In this document: piece after piece, positions 29,177 to 38,362 of the stretch
How positions within the stretch are numbered: the stretch's first letter is position 1
Layout: each line of letters starts with the position of its first letter
NCBI GenBank assembly: GCA_024650005.2
Contig: CP122380.1
Span: 1,376,001 to 1,440,000, forward strand
Origin: Candidatus Bathyarchaeum tardum
Lineage (GTDB): Archaea > Thermoproteota > Bathyarchaeia > Bathyarchaeales > Bathyarchaeaceae
Reading direction: 5' to 3'
Length of the DNA stretch: 64,000 nt
The notes under the pieces: model-generated
Databases searched by the model: none
Told to the model about the DNA's origin: nothing
What the model saw: only the letters and a program-made list of their open reading frames with translations
Translations under genes and position numbers: made by a program

Positions 29177-30460
29177 CTAGATATTTGAAGGCTCGTCGCG
29201 TTTTTTGGCGATCATTTCAAGATACCTGTCCGTGGTGGATTTTGCAGCTTCGTCCCAACTGAACATTTCCAAAACTCGTTTTCTGCCATTTTTGCCTAAC
29301 TGAACACGTTTATTTGGGTCTTCGACTGCACTAACTATTCCCCATGCAATATCGAAAGGATCATTAGGGTTAATGTGAAAACCACAATGGTCATGCCCAG
29401 TTATGCTGACGATTTCGCGCATTCCGCTGGTTCCGGCAGCACCAACTACTACAGGTTTTTCCATGCTCATTGCTTCCAAGGTAACAATGCCAAAGGGCTC
29501 ATACAAACTAGGGAAAACAGCAACATCACAAGCGGCATAATGAGCGATTCGTTCCTCTTCAGGTATAAACTCGAAACGGAATTTAACAATGTCTTCAAGG
29601 TGCAAGTTACGAACAAGACCTTCTAGATATTCCCGCATGTCTCCAAGACCAAGAACGACCAGTTTTGCGTTTGGAATCTTTTGGCGAACTTGGGGCATTG
29701 CACGAATGAGCTTATCAACGCCTTTAATCCATACAAGTCGCCCAACAAAAAGTACCATTGTATCGTCTTCAGTTAGTCCATACTTGTTTTTGATTTCTTT
29801 AATTCGTTCAGGGTTAATTTGGTTGGGGTCATATTTTTTGGGGTCCACACCGTTGTAACAAACTCGGATTTTTTCTGCTGGAAAACCCGCTTGTATTAGT
29901 TCATCTTGCATAGCGTATGATACAGTTATGACCATATCTGCCATTTGTCCTCCGCGTTTCTCCATACTGGTTACTACACCTGAACCATTACCAAGGGTGC
30001 GACCGTGTTCATTAGAGTGAACATGAAAAGCCAAAGGTATTCCAAGTTCTTTTTTTATGGTAATGCCTGCAACAATGGACAACCAATCGTGGGCAACAAC
30101 TAAGTCAAACTTAAAATCTTCTTCTCGTACTAGTTCGTTAACCATCTTCGCTGCGCTTAAGTAGTTATACATCAAAATTTTTGAAAAGAAACGAACACCC
30201 CGACCCCATTTTTTAACGTCCTCAGCTAAAACATCAGGTAAAGAGTCAGACACATCAATATGGACAGGTCGATGGATTTCTATTCCACGAAAAAGTTCGC
30301 GGGTGGGCAAACTTCCGTGGTCGTCGTTCATTGTGAAAACTGTGACGTCGTGACCAAGTAAAACAAATTTTCTTGTGATTTCTGCAGCATATGTTCCTAA
30401 ACCGCCAACAATTTTTGGAGGATACTCGTAAACCATTACAGCAATTTTCAAAGTTATCAC
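29177..30460 (-). CDS. GT4 glycosyltransferase
   Basis: YEYPPKIVGGLG, HDW, GRLVWIKG, YEPFGIVTLEAM. Confidence 0.92.
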   Translation of the reverse strand: MITLKIAVMVYEYPPKIVGGLGTYAAEITRKFVLLGHDVTVFTMNDDHGSLPTRELFRGIEIHRPVHIDVSDSLPDVLAEDVKKWGRGVRFFSKILMYNYLSAAKMVNELVREEDFKFDLVVAHDWLSIVAGITIKKELGIPLAFHVHSNEHGRTLGNGSGVVTSMEKRGGQMADMVITVSYAMQDELIQAGFPAEKIRVCYNGVDPKKYDPNQINPERIKEIKNKYGLTEDDTMVLFVGRLVWIKGVDKLIRAMPQVRQKIPNAKLVVLGLGDMREYLEGLVRNLHLEDIVKFRFEFIPEEERIAHYAACDVAVFPSLYEPFGIVTLEAMSMEKPVVVGAAGTSGMREIVSITGHDHCGFHINPNDPFDIAWGIVSAVEDPNKRVQLGKNGRKRVLEMFSWDEAAKSTTDRYLEMIAKKRDEPSNI

Positions 30461-30695
30461 CAGTTAAGCAGTTTTTGACAATTTACGTAACGATAGTGCA
30501 GTTCAGATGTGTGAAGAAGCGTTATTTAACGGTTACTTCATTGTCCTAAAGAGCCCAATTTCAGGTTTCATAAAAGAAAACACTAAAAAATGAGTTGCCT
30601 CTGGCGTGTTAATTTCGAATAATTATTTGCCCTTCATAAGAGCCTTACATAGTTTTGCCCAAAACATTAACATCGGAATCATAGGGGAAAAAACA

Positions 30696-30863
30696 ATGTC
30701 AGGGGCAATTCGAAAGATAGGAAAGATAGTAGCTTTTCCAGTTTTTATTGGTCTTTGGATTATCGGATGGTCGTTGTATTCTAAAGGGGATAATGCACAA
30801 GTATCCAACAAAAACCGAAAAATTATCTGGATTAACAGTAAAACCTATAAAAAAGAGGCATAA
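30696..30863 (+). CDS. small single-TM hypothetical protein
   Basis: AGGGG SD before ATG 30696; hydrophobic FPVFIGLWIIGWSLY. Confidence 0.55.
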   Translation: MSGAIRKIGKIVAFPVFIGLWIIGWSLYSKGDNAQVSNKNRKIIWINSKTYKKEA

Positions 30864-30910
30864 CAAAAAATGGGTGGATATCGCTTTTTAGCGTATCCTT
30901 TCTGTGTTTT

Positions 30911-32041
30911 TTAACAGTATTGTGGGTTCATTGGTTCTAGTTCTTCGATGTGGGTATTGGTTAAGTTCTTGATTTTGTTTAGGTCAGGAATTTCTCCGTA
31001 GCCCACTAGTGTTATTGCGGTTCCTTCTCCTCCGTTTCTGGCTGTTCTACCGATTCGGTGGAAATATACTGGTGCTTCGACTGGAACATCAAAGTTGATT
31101 ATGTGTGTTATTCCTTGGATGTCTAATCCTCGCGCTGCAACATCTGTTGCAATAAGGAAATCGAATTTTCCATCCCGGAAACCTCGGGTTACTCGTTCAC
31201 GTTGTGCCTGAGTGAAACCTGCATGCAAGGATTGTGCAGAATACCTGTCTTTGTGTAATTTATTTGCTAACCAATCGCATCCACGGCGTGTGTTACAGAA
31301 TATGATTGCCTTCTTGAAGTTGTCTTTTTTGAGCATTTTTAGAAGATATTCAAGTTTGTTTCGTGAATTTACAACCATGTAATACTGGTTTAATTGTTCA
31401 AGTGCGATCTCGTCTTTGCTTACCAGTACTTTCTGAGGGTCGTTCATGTAACTCTGACAAATGTCCATTACAGATTTGTCCATTGTTGCAGAAAATAGGC
31501 TCAATTGCCTTTCTTCTGGAACACGGGATAAAATGAACTTGATGTCATCAATGAAACCCATGTCTAACATTCGGTCAGCTTCGTCTAGAACAACTATTTT
31601 TGTTGACGAAAGATTAAGGGTTCCACGTTTCAGATGATCAATCAATCGACCTGGAGTGCCAACAACAATGTGCACGCCTTTTTGTAGTGCACGAATTTGT
31701 TTGTTTATTGATTCTCCACCGTAAACTGGCAAAATTTTCAGCTTTGTGTATTTGCTGAATCGTTTTATGCGCGTTGCGACCTGTATTGCAAGTTCGCGAG
31801 TTGGCGCTAGTACTAATCCTTGTACTTTTTTGTTCGTTGGATCTACGCGTTCAACCATGGGTATTCCAAAAGCTGCGGTTTTTCCGGTTCCTGTTTGTGC
31901 TTGCCCTATGACATCTTTTCCTTCAAGTAATGGGACTATTGCTTGAGCTTGTATTGGAAAAAGTTCTGTGAATCCAAGCTCTTGTATCCCTTTCATGACT
32001 TCACTAGTTAAGGGTAAGTCTTCAAAGTATTTCATTTGCAT
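30911..32041 (-). CDS. DEAD-box RNA helicase
   Basis: AQTGTGKT, PTREL, DEAD, SAT, ARGLD, HRIGRTAR; GGAG SD before ATG 32041. Confidence 0.96.
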   Translation of the reverse strand: MQMKYFEDLPLTSEVMKGIQELGFTELFPIQAQAIVPLLEGKDVIGQAQTGTGKTAAFGIPMVERVDPTNKKVQGLVLAPTRELAIQVATRIKRFSKYTKLKILPVYGGESINKQIRALQKGVHIVVGTPGRLIDHLKRGTLNLSSTKIVVLDEADRMLDMGFIDDIKFILSRVPEERQLSLFSATMDKSVMDICQSYMNDPQKVLVSKDEIALEQLNQYYMVVNSRNKLEYLLKMLKKDNFKKAIIFCNTRRGCDWLANKLHKDRYSAQSLHAGFTQAQRERVTRGFRDGKFDFLIATDVAARGLDIQGITHIINFDVPVEAPVYFHRIGRTARNGGEGTAITLVGYGEIPDLNKIKNLTNTHIEELEPMNPQYC

Positions 32042-32251
32042 ATGTTTATTTCTCCTGTCACGTATTGTATACACGCGATAATCAAAATTCTTCAAAAGTC
32101 TTTATTGTCGTTATATGTATTCTCAAAAGTCTTCTAAAGCTTCTCGAGTAAGCATGAATCTATGTGACGATACACCTCTTCAAGTGTCGGGTATATAAAA
32201 ACGTTTACTATTTAGCAATAAGCAATGGTTTTTGATTTAACCTGAACTTTT

Positions 32252-32623
32252 ATGGAGAATAAAAAAGTGAAAAAGTTTGCTTACACAGAAATTAAAGCAG
32301 AAAAAGTTGAGAATCAATGTAAGAATCTAACGGTTCGCTGGTTAATAACTAAACAAACTGGGGCAGAAAACTTTGCTATGCGGCTTTTCGAAATGAATGC
32401 TGGAGGGCATACACCTTTTCATAGTCACCAGTGGGAACATGAAGTTTTCATACTGGAAGGCGAAGGTCTTGTGGTTGGTGGGAAAGAAGAAAAATCTTTC
32501 AAAGCTGGAGACGTCATTTTTGTTCCTGCAAATGAGATGCATCAATTCAAAAGTAATAATGAAAATCCAGTTAAATTTCTGTGTTTAATCCCATACAAAC
32601 AAAAAGATTCGAGCAATTCTTAA
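32252..32623 (+). CDS. cupin domain protein
   Basis: HSHQWEHEVFILEGEG; GDVIFVPANEMH. Confidence 0.9.
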   Translation: MENKKVKKFAYTEIKAEKVENQCKNLTVRWLITKQTGAENFAMRLFEMNAGGHTPFHSHQWEHEVFILEGEGLVVGGKEEKSFKAGDVIFVPANEMHQFKSNNENPVKFLCLIPYKQKDSSNS

Positions 32624-32665
32624 ATTCTGTATTGTCCAAGGTTCTTATCAAGGGGCGTAACAGTT

Positions 32666-33037
32666 TTGAAAGGCACATGGGAAAAACCTGTAATCGTATT
32701 TTACAAAGAACGAGAAAAACCTAGGGAAACAAAAGCGCTTGTAGCAGTTAAAGCGCGAAAAATTGTTGTTTTCAAACAAACTGACAACATCAAACTTAAA
32801 GGAACAATTGAAGAATTTTTCCCGTTGATAGGAGATTTTGATTACCTGTTCACGCCAGAAGGAAAAACCGACAAGTATGTCTTGTGCTGGTTTGATGACG
32901 AAGAAGACGACTTCAGTACAGCCTTCAGACGGGTAACTGGCGTTACTTTTCCCCATGGAATAAGATGTGAAATCAACGACAAAGGCAAAAAATTCTGTAA
33001 TACAACGTTTTCTGCAAACCGAGGAAAACTAGAGTAA
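32666..33037 (+). CDS. hypothetical protein
   Basis: 123-aa ORF with natural composition; SD-like AGGGG. Confidence 0.65.
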   Translation: MKGTWEKPVIVFYKEREKPRETKALVAVKARKIVVFKQTDNIKLKGTIEEFFPLIGDFDYLFTPEGKTDKYVLCWFDDEEDDFSTAFRRVTGVTFPHGIRCEINDKGKKFCNTTFSANRGKLE

Positions 33038-33049
33038 AAGTTGTACAGT

Positions 33050-33571
33050 TCAATCTGTTTCGTTTTGGGTTAACTCAATAGCATCAAGGAGTGGCTCCAA
33101 AAGGGCTGAACTGATAAACCGTTCATCCAAGTTTTTTCCTTCAGGATCGTTTAATCCCATGCAACAGGGAATGAATTTTAAAGCGATACGATTAGGGCTT
33201 AAAAGTTCAAAAGTGAACGGATAAAGCCTGCAAAGGGCGGGTCTATTGTTGTATATGATGCAGTTGTGATTGTTTCGGGCTTCATCTTGGCTTAAAAAGA
33301 TACAAGAACCGTCGGATTTAGTTTTGAGACTTCCACAAACAATAGCTGATGGTTCAGTTTCGGAAGTTACTGGTTCAAGAAAATCATCTTCAGAATGTCC
33401 CTTAGATAGTATTTGGTTAAGGTCCTTTTTTGAAAGGATTGGTCCTCCAAGTTTACAACACAGGGTTGCTCCTCGTTTGCATTTGAATTTGAACTGTTTT
33501 TGGGTAATTTTTAGGTCGCGAATTGTGCGTTTTTTGTGGTTAACAGTAAGTATTGCTACGACATTGTTCAT
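33050..33571 (-). CDS. YkgJ family Cys-cluster (Zn/Fe-chelating) protein
   Basis: FKCKRGATLCC, CIFL, CIIYNNRPALCRLYPF. Confidence 0.85.
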   Translation of the reverse strand: MNNVVAILTVNHKKRTIRDLKITQKQFKFKCKRGATLCCKLGGPILSKKDLNQILSKGHSEDDFLEPVTSETEPSAIVCGSLKTKSDGSCIFLSQDEARNNHNCIIYNNRPALCRLYPFTFELLSPNRIALKFIPCCMGLNDPEGKNLDERFISSALLEPLLDAIELTQNETD

Positions 33572-33701
33572 TGTTTGTTATGCACCAGATATTTGAAGAA
33601 TCGTTGCAGTTGCTGAGGGTCAGTTATAAATGTTTAGGTAAAAAACAAAAACAATTAATTATGAGAAATCCTGTTATGTCAGAACACCTGGGGTAAAGGT
33701 C

Positions 33702-33983
33702 ATGGCAAATCATCGCGGGGCAGATGCCCAAAAAATGCTTTCTTCCATTGCCACGCTCCTTCGAAACACAACTTGGAAGTGTGGAAAAATCGAGCGACGA
33801 GTTGTAAACTACCTGCAGCGTCGAGGACAAAGGTCAGGAAACGCCCAAACTGCAGTAAAAGACATGATGCAAGACTTCGAACTCAGCGGAAAACAAAAAA
33901 GCGAATTCATTGAAGCAATTCGAAGATTAGAAAGGCGCAACATAATCAAAATTTCCGGTTCTGGCACTCCATCACCCATGTAA
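33702..33983 (+). CDS. hypothetical basic protein, possible winged helix
   Basis: EAIRRLERRNIIKI helix-wing pattern. Confidence 0.6.
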   Translation: MANHRGADAQKMLSSIATLLRNTTWKCGKIERRVVNYLQRRGQRSGNAQTAVKDMMQDFELSGKQKSEFIEAIRRLERRNIIKISGSGTPSPM

Positions 33984-34011
33984 GGGTTCACAGACAAACT
34001 AATCCCTAATT

Positions 34012-34071
34012 TTGGCTAGCGTTGGGTTTTTTGCAAAACTCAATCGTGGGGAGATAGCCAACATTTTTTTA
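34012..34071 (+). terminator. 3' hairpin followed by a T-tract
   Basis: TTGGCTA/TAGCCAA outer stem, GTTGGGTTTT/AAAACTCAAT inner stem, then ACATTTTTTTT. Confidence 0.45.
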
Positions 34072-34104
34072 TTGTTAAACAGCTACTAAGTATCAGGGGT
34101 TATT

Positions 34105-34527
34105 TTGGTAAAAAAAGCTAATGTAGCAATAGCAATGTTTGTGATTGCAGTGGTAATTATTTCCACAGTTCTAGTTTACTGGAATTTAAATCAACCAAAC
34201 AAAACTAAACACGAAACAGGCAGATGGGCACTTATCACAGATTCAAAAGGGGACATTATTGCTGTTGAAACCAACAGTTTACAGGTTTGGTCTGAACTAA
34301 AAAATCTTCAACAAAACCAAACTGAAATGTGGATAGGAGGCATCATCGAAGAATACAATAACTATTGGGGATTTCGCTTCGACCCTGATACCATAGTGAT
34401 AGCAGAAATAACAATTGAAGGCGCACAAGCTAACATACAAGCCATAAGTGACGACCTAGACTACTGGATAAACACATGGCAAAATGAAGTTTACGTATTC
34501 GCCAAAGTAACAGAAATTCATGAATAA
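34105..34527 (+). CDS. membrane-anchored/secreted hypothetical protein
   Basis: N-terminal KK plus hydrophobic helix; WGFRFDPDTI motif. Confidence 0.7.
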   Translation: MVKKANVAIAMFVIAVVIISTVLVYWNLNQPNKTKHETGRWALITDSKGDIIAVETNSLQVWSELKNLQQNQTEMWIGGIIEEYNNYWGFRFDPDTIVIAEITIEGAQANIQAISDDLDYWINTWQNEVYVFAKVTEIHE

Positions 34528-34737
34528 ACAATCGGCTGAGTGAGCCCTGTTCCTAAGTTAACAAATACCTGTGTTCTCTTAATCAGCCGTCTGCTATCAA
34601 CAAGGGTGGGCAAAGGCATGACACCGAGGCAACTCTGAAAAACCGTATATTAACAGTTTAACTACCCGATCGTGAGCAATGTAAGTATATATAGTTCAAA
34701 GAGAAAGTAAAGTAAACCTGACAAAGAGGTGAAATAC

Positions 34738-34938
34738 ATGACAACAGGTACAGTAGCGAGATGGCTCGACCAGAAAGGCTTCGGATTCATTAAAGGAGAA
34801 GATGGAAAAGACATTTTTGTTCATAACTCTGATATTGAGGGCAAAAATAGCCTCAGGGAAGGAGAAAAAGTAGAGTTTGAAGTGACAGCGGGAGATAAAG
34901 GACCAAGAGCTGTCAAAGTAAAATCTATTTCTGAATAA
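34738..34938 (+). CDS. csp: cold-shock protein (CspA family)
   Basis: RNP1 KGFGFI, RNP2 IFVH, GDKGPRA; GAGGTGA SD. Confidence 0.95.
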   Translation: MTTGTVARWLDQKGFGFIKGEDGKDIFVHNSDIEGKNSLREGEKVEFEVTAGDKGPRAVKVKSISE

Positions 34939-35141
34939 ATCAAGAAAGATTTTCGAATGCACGAGCAGATTTAGTTTATCTTCTAATCCAGATACACTTA
35001 ACTGAACTCATCTCTTTTTTTGTATAAAATTATGTTTATAATAATTCGAAACCACTTTGTCTGCAGAAAAATCCTGAGCGAAAGTCAAGGGGGTCGTCTA
35101 AGGCACAAAACTATTTTAACACTCACTTCCACTGTTTATTT

Positions 35142-35471
35142 ATGACCACCGATATCGAAAAACTAAAAAAAATGACAGTGTTAATAAATAAAAAGATTGA
35201 AAATATTCAAACTTCTAGATATAATTCATCCCTTCTCAGTCATCCCTCGGAATTAGCAGAAGTAAGAAATGTACTTACCCTTGCAAGTAAAACCCTTGCT
35301 GGTCACAAGATTTATTTTGAAAACCATATTGAAAAAGCAGGGTTCGCTAGTTTTCATCTATCAGACACCCTTGATGTTCTTAGGAACATTTTAGATATTA
35401 TTGAAAAAAGAAATCAAACTACAAAAAGACGCAAAAGCAAGAGAGCACTTGCTTCAGACAAACAATCTTAA
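35142..35471 (+). CDS. hypothetical protein
   Basis: 109-aa helical ORF, TATA-like TTTTAA upstream. Confidence 0.55.
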   Translation: MTTDIEKLKKMTVLINKKIENIQTSRYNSSLLSHPSELAEVRNVLTLASKTLAGHKIYFENHIEKAGFASFHLSDTLDVLRNILDIIEKRNQTTKRRKSKRALASDKQS

Positions 35472-35612
35472 CGAGCTTCAAAGCTACAATTAATCTCAAG
35501 AAAATAAAAATAAAAAAATACAAGAAACCCTTGTGGCGTCTACGGAGATGTTCTTTTTCATTCGCCACAAAGTGTTAAATACTTTATTAGTCTGGGATGC
35601 TGTTCCATTACT

Positions 35613-35678
35613 GGGGGATGATGTGGCCGTCCCAGACCGACCTTAACTGGAATGAAGACTACAAGGCTGGCAGACCCC
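35613..35678 (+). ncRNA. candidate box C/D guide sRNA
   Basis: GGGG/CCCC terminal stem; C GAUGAUG, D' CCGA, C' AUGAAGA, D-like CAGA; two ~12-nt guides; TTTATTA about 25 nt upstream. Confidence 0.6.
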
Positions 35679-35704
35679 GTTATTTTGAAGGGTAGTTTTG
35701 GTTG

Positions 35705-35965
35705 TTATTTTGATATTTGTTTGGAGTTCATTGACAGGGATTTTTCTAGTTTTTTGTCTACAAAGAAAAACACTACCCAAACTACTATGCCGTAGATTAG
35801 GCCGTTTGTTATTGCTGCGATGTATGTCATGTATTCGGAAATTGCAGAGACGGGGGTTTGAATGTAGGCGGTTATGGCGCTTCCGGGGAAGAGGGGAATT
35901 GGAACAGCCAATGATGCTAAAGTAAACAATAAGAAAAAGGCTAAGAAAATGGGGGTGGCTCTCAT
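35705..35965 (-). CDS. small two-TM hypothetical protein
   Basis: Hydrophobic segments; PIPLFPG and NGLIYG motifs. Confidence 0.65.
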   Translation of the reverse strand: MRATPIFLAFFLLFTLASLAVPIPLFPGSAITAYIQTPVSAISEYMTYIAAITNGLIYGIVVWVVFFFVDKKLEKSLSMNSKQISK

Positions 35966-36088
35966 TTACTTATCACTAAAGTATACATTAAATCTTAATA
36001 TATAATAAACCTTATTGTGCTTATGTCCAACACAAATACACAACAAAAATCACAACACTATTTATCATCAAACCATTGTTCATAACTT

Positions 36089-36712
36089 ATGGACTTACTC
36101 AACTTCATTGCCACCATCACAATACTAACAATCTCAGGTGCTCTAGCCCCAGGACCACTATTCTTTGTAACATTAGCCCACGGAGCAAAAACAGGAACCA
36201 AAACCGGAATAATATTCTCGATAGGGCACACAATAATCGAATTCACACTAGTCATGTTACTAGCCATGGGACTCTTAACAGTCGCAAACGAGCCAATCGT
36301 CAGATTTGCTGTCGGAGCTGCAGGAGGTACAGCCCTCATAGTTTTTGGTTTTATGCAAATACGCAGCAGCATAAATCAAACAGAACAAACAAACCTGACG
36401 AAAAGCACCAACAAAAACCTGTTACTCCTTGGTTTAGCTTTAACAGGACTAAATCCTTACTTCATACTCTGGTGGTTGACCATAGGAGCAAGTTTGATTC
36501 TAATGGCTTTAGAATTTGCAGGATTATGCGGAGTAATTTTAATGTATATTTTCCATGTTTGGGTGGATTACGCATGGCTCACCTTACTTGCGGGTTTTGC
36601 AAAAAAAGGAGCCAAAATATTACAGTTCAAATGGTACAGGCTCATGATTGCAGTTTTCGGGGCAGTATTAATCTACTTTGGAGCATCATTCTTAGTTGAC
36701 GCCCTACTCTGA
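36089..36712 (+). CDS. LysE-type translocator
   Basis: SGALAPGP, GHTIIE, NPYFILWWLTIG. Confidence 0.9.
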   Translation: MDLLNFIATITILTISGALAPGPLFFVTLAHGAKTGTKTGIIFSIGHTIIEFTLVMLLAMGLLTVANEPIVRFAVGAAGGTALIVFGFMQIRSSINQTEQTNLTKSTNKNLLLLGLALTGLNPYFILWWLTIGASLILMALEFAGLCGVILMYIFHVWVDYAWLTLLAGFAKKGAKILQFKWYRLMIAVFGAVLIYFGASFLVDALL

Positions 36713-36814
36713 TATTAGCTAAATAAGTATTCAATAATTTTGGATAGAATTTGACCTAAAATAATGAGCACTAATTCTGAACTGTTAAATCGGTAATAGC
36801 AAAAGAAGGTGTTA

Positions 36815-36906
36815 GTGAAGAGCGCACAGTTTCCACCCACTACAGAAGAAAGGGATGAACTCCAAGACAAGTTTCTGCCCTTTTCTTTTGTGTGCGCTCT
36901 TCCACA
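36815..36906 (+). ncRNA. candidate structured intergenic RNA (long hairpin)
   Basis: Perfect 12-bp GAAGAGCGCACA/TGTGCGCTCTTC stem plus inner CAGAAGAAAGGG/CCCTTTTCTTTTG stem. Confidence 0.5.
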
Positions 36907-36968
36907 TACCCTATCTAATTTTTGAAACGTTTAATCTGTTAGGTGTCATTTTTATCACGTACAACAAC

Positions 36969-37988
36969 TCAAGCAAATACACCATCAATTTTTTTCTCAC
37001 ACTGGGGACATTTAGATTGTACAACCTTATTTTTCTCAATATGACAACCATATCGTTGAATTACCTTTTCTCCACAATTAGGACAATAGGTATTTTCTCC
37101 GTTTTCTCCTGGAACATTGCCCACGTAAACATATTTTAAACCTGCATCAAATCCAATTTGACGGGCTTTCTGCAGAGTCACAACAGGAGTACGAGGAACA
37201 TCTAACAATTTATACATTGGATGAAAACCAGACAAATGCCAAGGTGTTTCTGCACCTACTTTTTCTTTAATGAAGCTTGCAATCTGATTCAACTCGTTTT
37301 CTGAATCATTCAATGTTGGAATAACCAAAGTAGTTAATTCGACCCAAATTCCAAGGCTCTTGTGCAGTTTAATTGAATCCAAAACAGGCTGTAAATGAGC
37401 GCCACAGTTGTTACGATAAAATTCATCGCTAAAACTTTTCAAATCAATGTTGGCAGCATCCAAATACGGGGCTATTTCACGCAGTGCTTCTTCAGTTATG
37501 TAACCGTTGGTAACGAAAACGTTCCTGAGTCCAGCTTTTTTTGCCAATTTGGCAACATCTAAGGCATACTCAAAAAAGATCGTTGGTTCAGTGTAGGTGT
37601 ATGCTATGCTTTTGCACCCGTTTTCTTTCGCTGCAGAAATAACTGATTCTGGAGATGTTTCATTGCCGACTACAACTTTGCGTTCACTGGGCAACTGTGA
37701 AATATCAAAATTTTGGCAGTTAGCACAACGAAAGTTACACCCAACAGTAGATATTGAATATGACAAAGAGCCCGGAAGAAAATGGAAGAGCGGCTTTTTT
37801 TCGATGGGGTCAACTGATCTGGCTACAAGCCGTCCATAAACTAAGCTGAACAATTTGCCATCAATATTTTCTCGAACTCCACAAAGTCCTCTTTTTGATT
37901 CTGCAATTTTTCGGCAACGGTGACTGCACAAGTTACAGTTAACTCGCTTGTCAGCTAATTTTTCATAAAACATTGCTTCTTTCATCAT
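36969..37988 (-). CDS. amrS: AmmeMemoRadiSam system radical SAM enzyme
   Basis: DPIEKKPLFHF, CNFRCANCQN, AYTYTEP, YVYVGN, C-terminal CxxC pairs. Confidence 0.92.
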   Translation of the reverse strand: MMKEAMFYEKLADKRVNCNLCSHRCRKIAESKRGLCGVRENIDGKLFSLVYGRLVARSVDPIEKKPLFHFLPGSLSYSISTVGCNFRCANCQNFDISQLPSERKVVVGNETSPESVISAAKENGCKSIAYTYTEPTIFFEYALDVAKLAKKAGLRNVFVTNGYITEEALREIAPYLDAANIDLKSFSDEFYRNNCGAHLQPVLDSIKLHKSLGIWVELTTLVIPTLNDSENELNQIASFIKEKVGAETPWHLSGFHPMYKLLDVPRTPVVTLQKARQIGFDAGLKYVYVGNVPGENGENTYCPNCGEKVIQRYGCHIEKNKVVQSKCPQCEKKIDGVFA

Positions 37989-38101
37989 AATGCCCCCATC
38001 AACACATAACAGGAAAATATGACACTTAAACTTTCAAATTTTCGAACAAAAATAGTAAACAATATAGCTTGAAAATCCCATCTTATAATGAAGGAGTTTT
38101 T

Positions 38102-38347
38102 ATGGTTCAATATCGAGTGGAAATAGATCATACTGTTTGTCAAGGTTTTGGGGCATGTGTTGAATTGTGTGCAGATTTTGTTCTTTCAGATGAAACAGGA
38201 AAATCTCACATGGAAAATGCAAAAAAAGATGAAAAAGGGGAAACAAAAGAGTTAACCGATTTGGGTTGCTACGAAAAAGCCGCCAAAGCTTGTCCATTTA
38301 ACGCTATTCACATTACTAACTTAGAGACCAACGAAAAAATCATCTGA
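38102..38347 (+). CDS. monocluster ferredoxin (probably [3Fe-4S])
   Basis: CQGFGACVELC and ACPFNAI; second Cys replaced by Phe. Confidence 0.85.
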   Translation: MVQYRVEIDHTVCQGFGACVELCADFVLSDETGKSHMENAKKDEKGETKELTDLGCYEKAAKACPFNAIHITNLETNEKII

Positions 38348-38362
38348 ACTTTTGGTGCCTAA

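Noticed and set aside
36076-36699. 207-aa alternate-frame ORF overlapping lysE
   Set aside because: It is a shadow frame of a clear LysE gene, with unnatural composition
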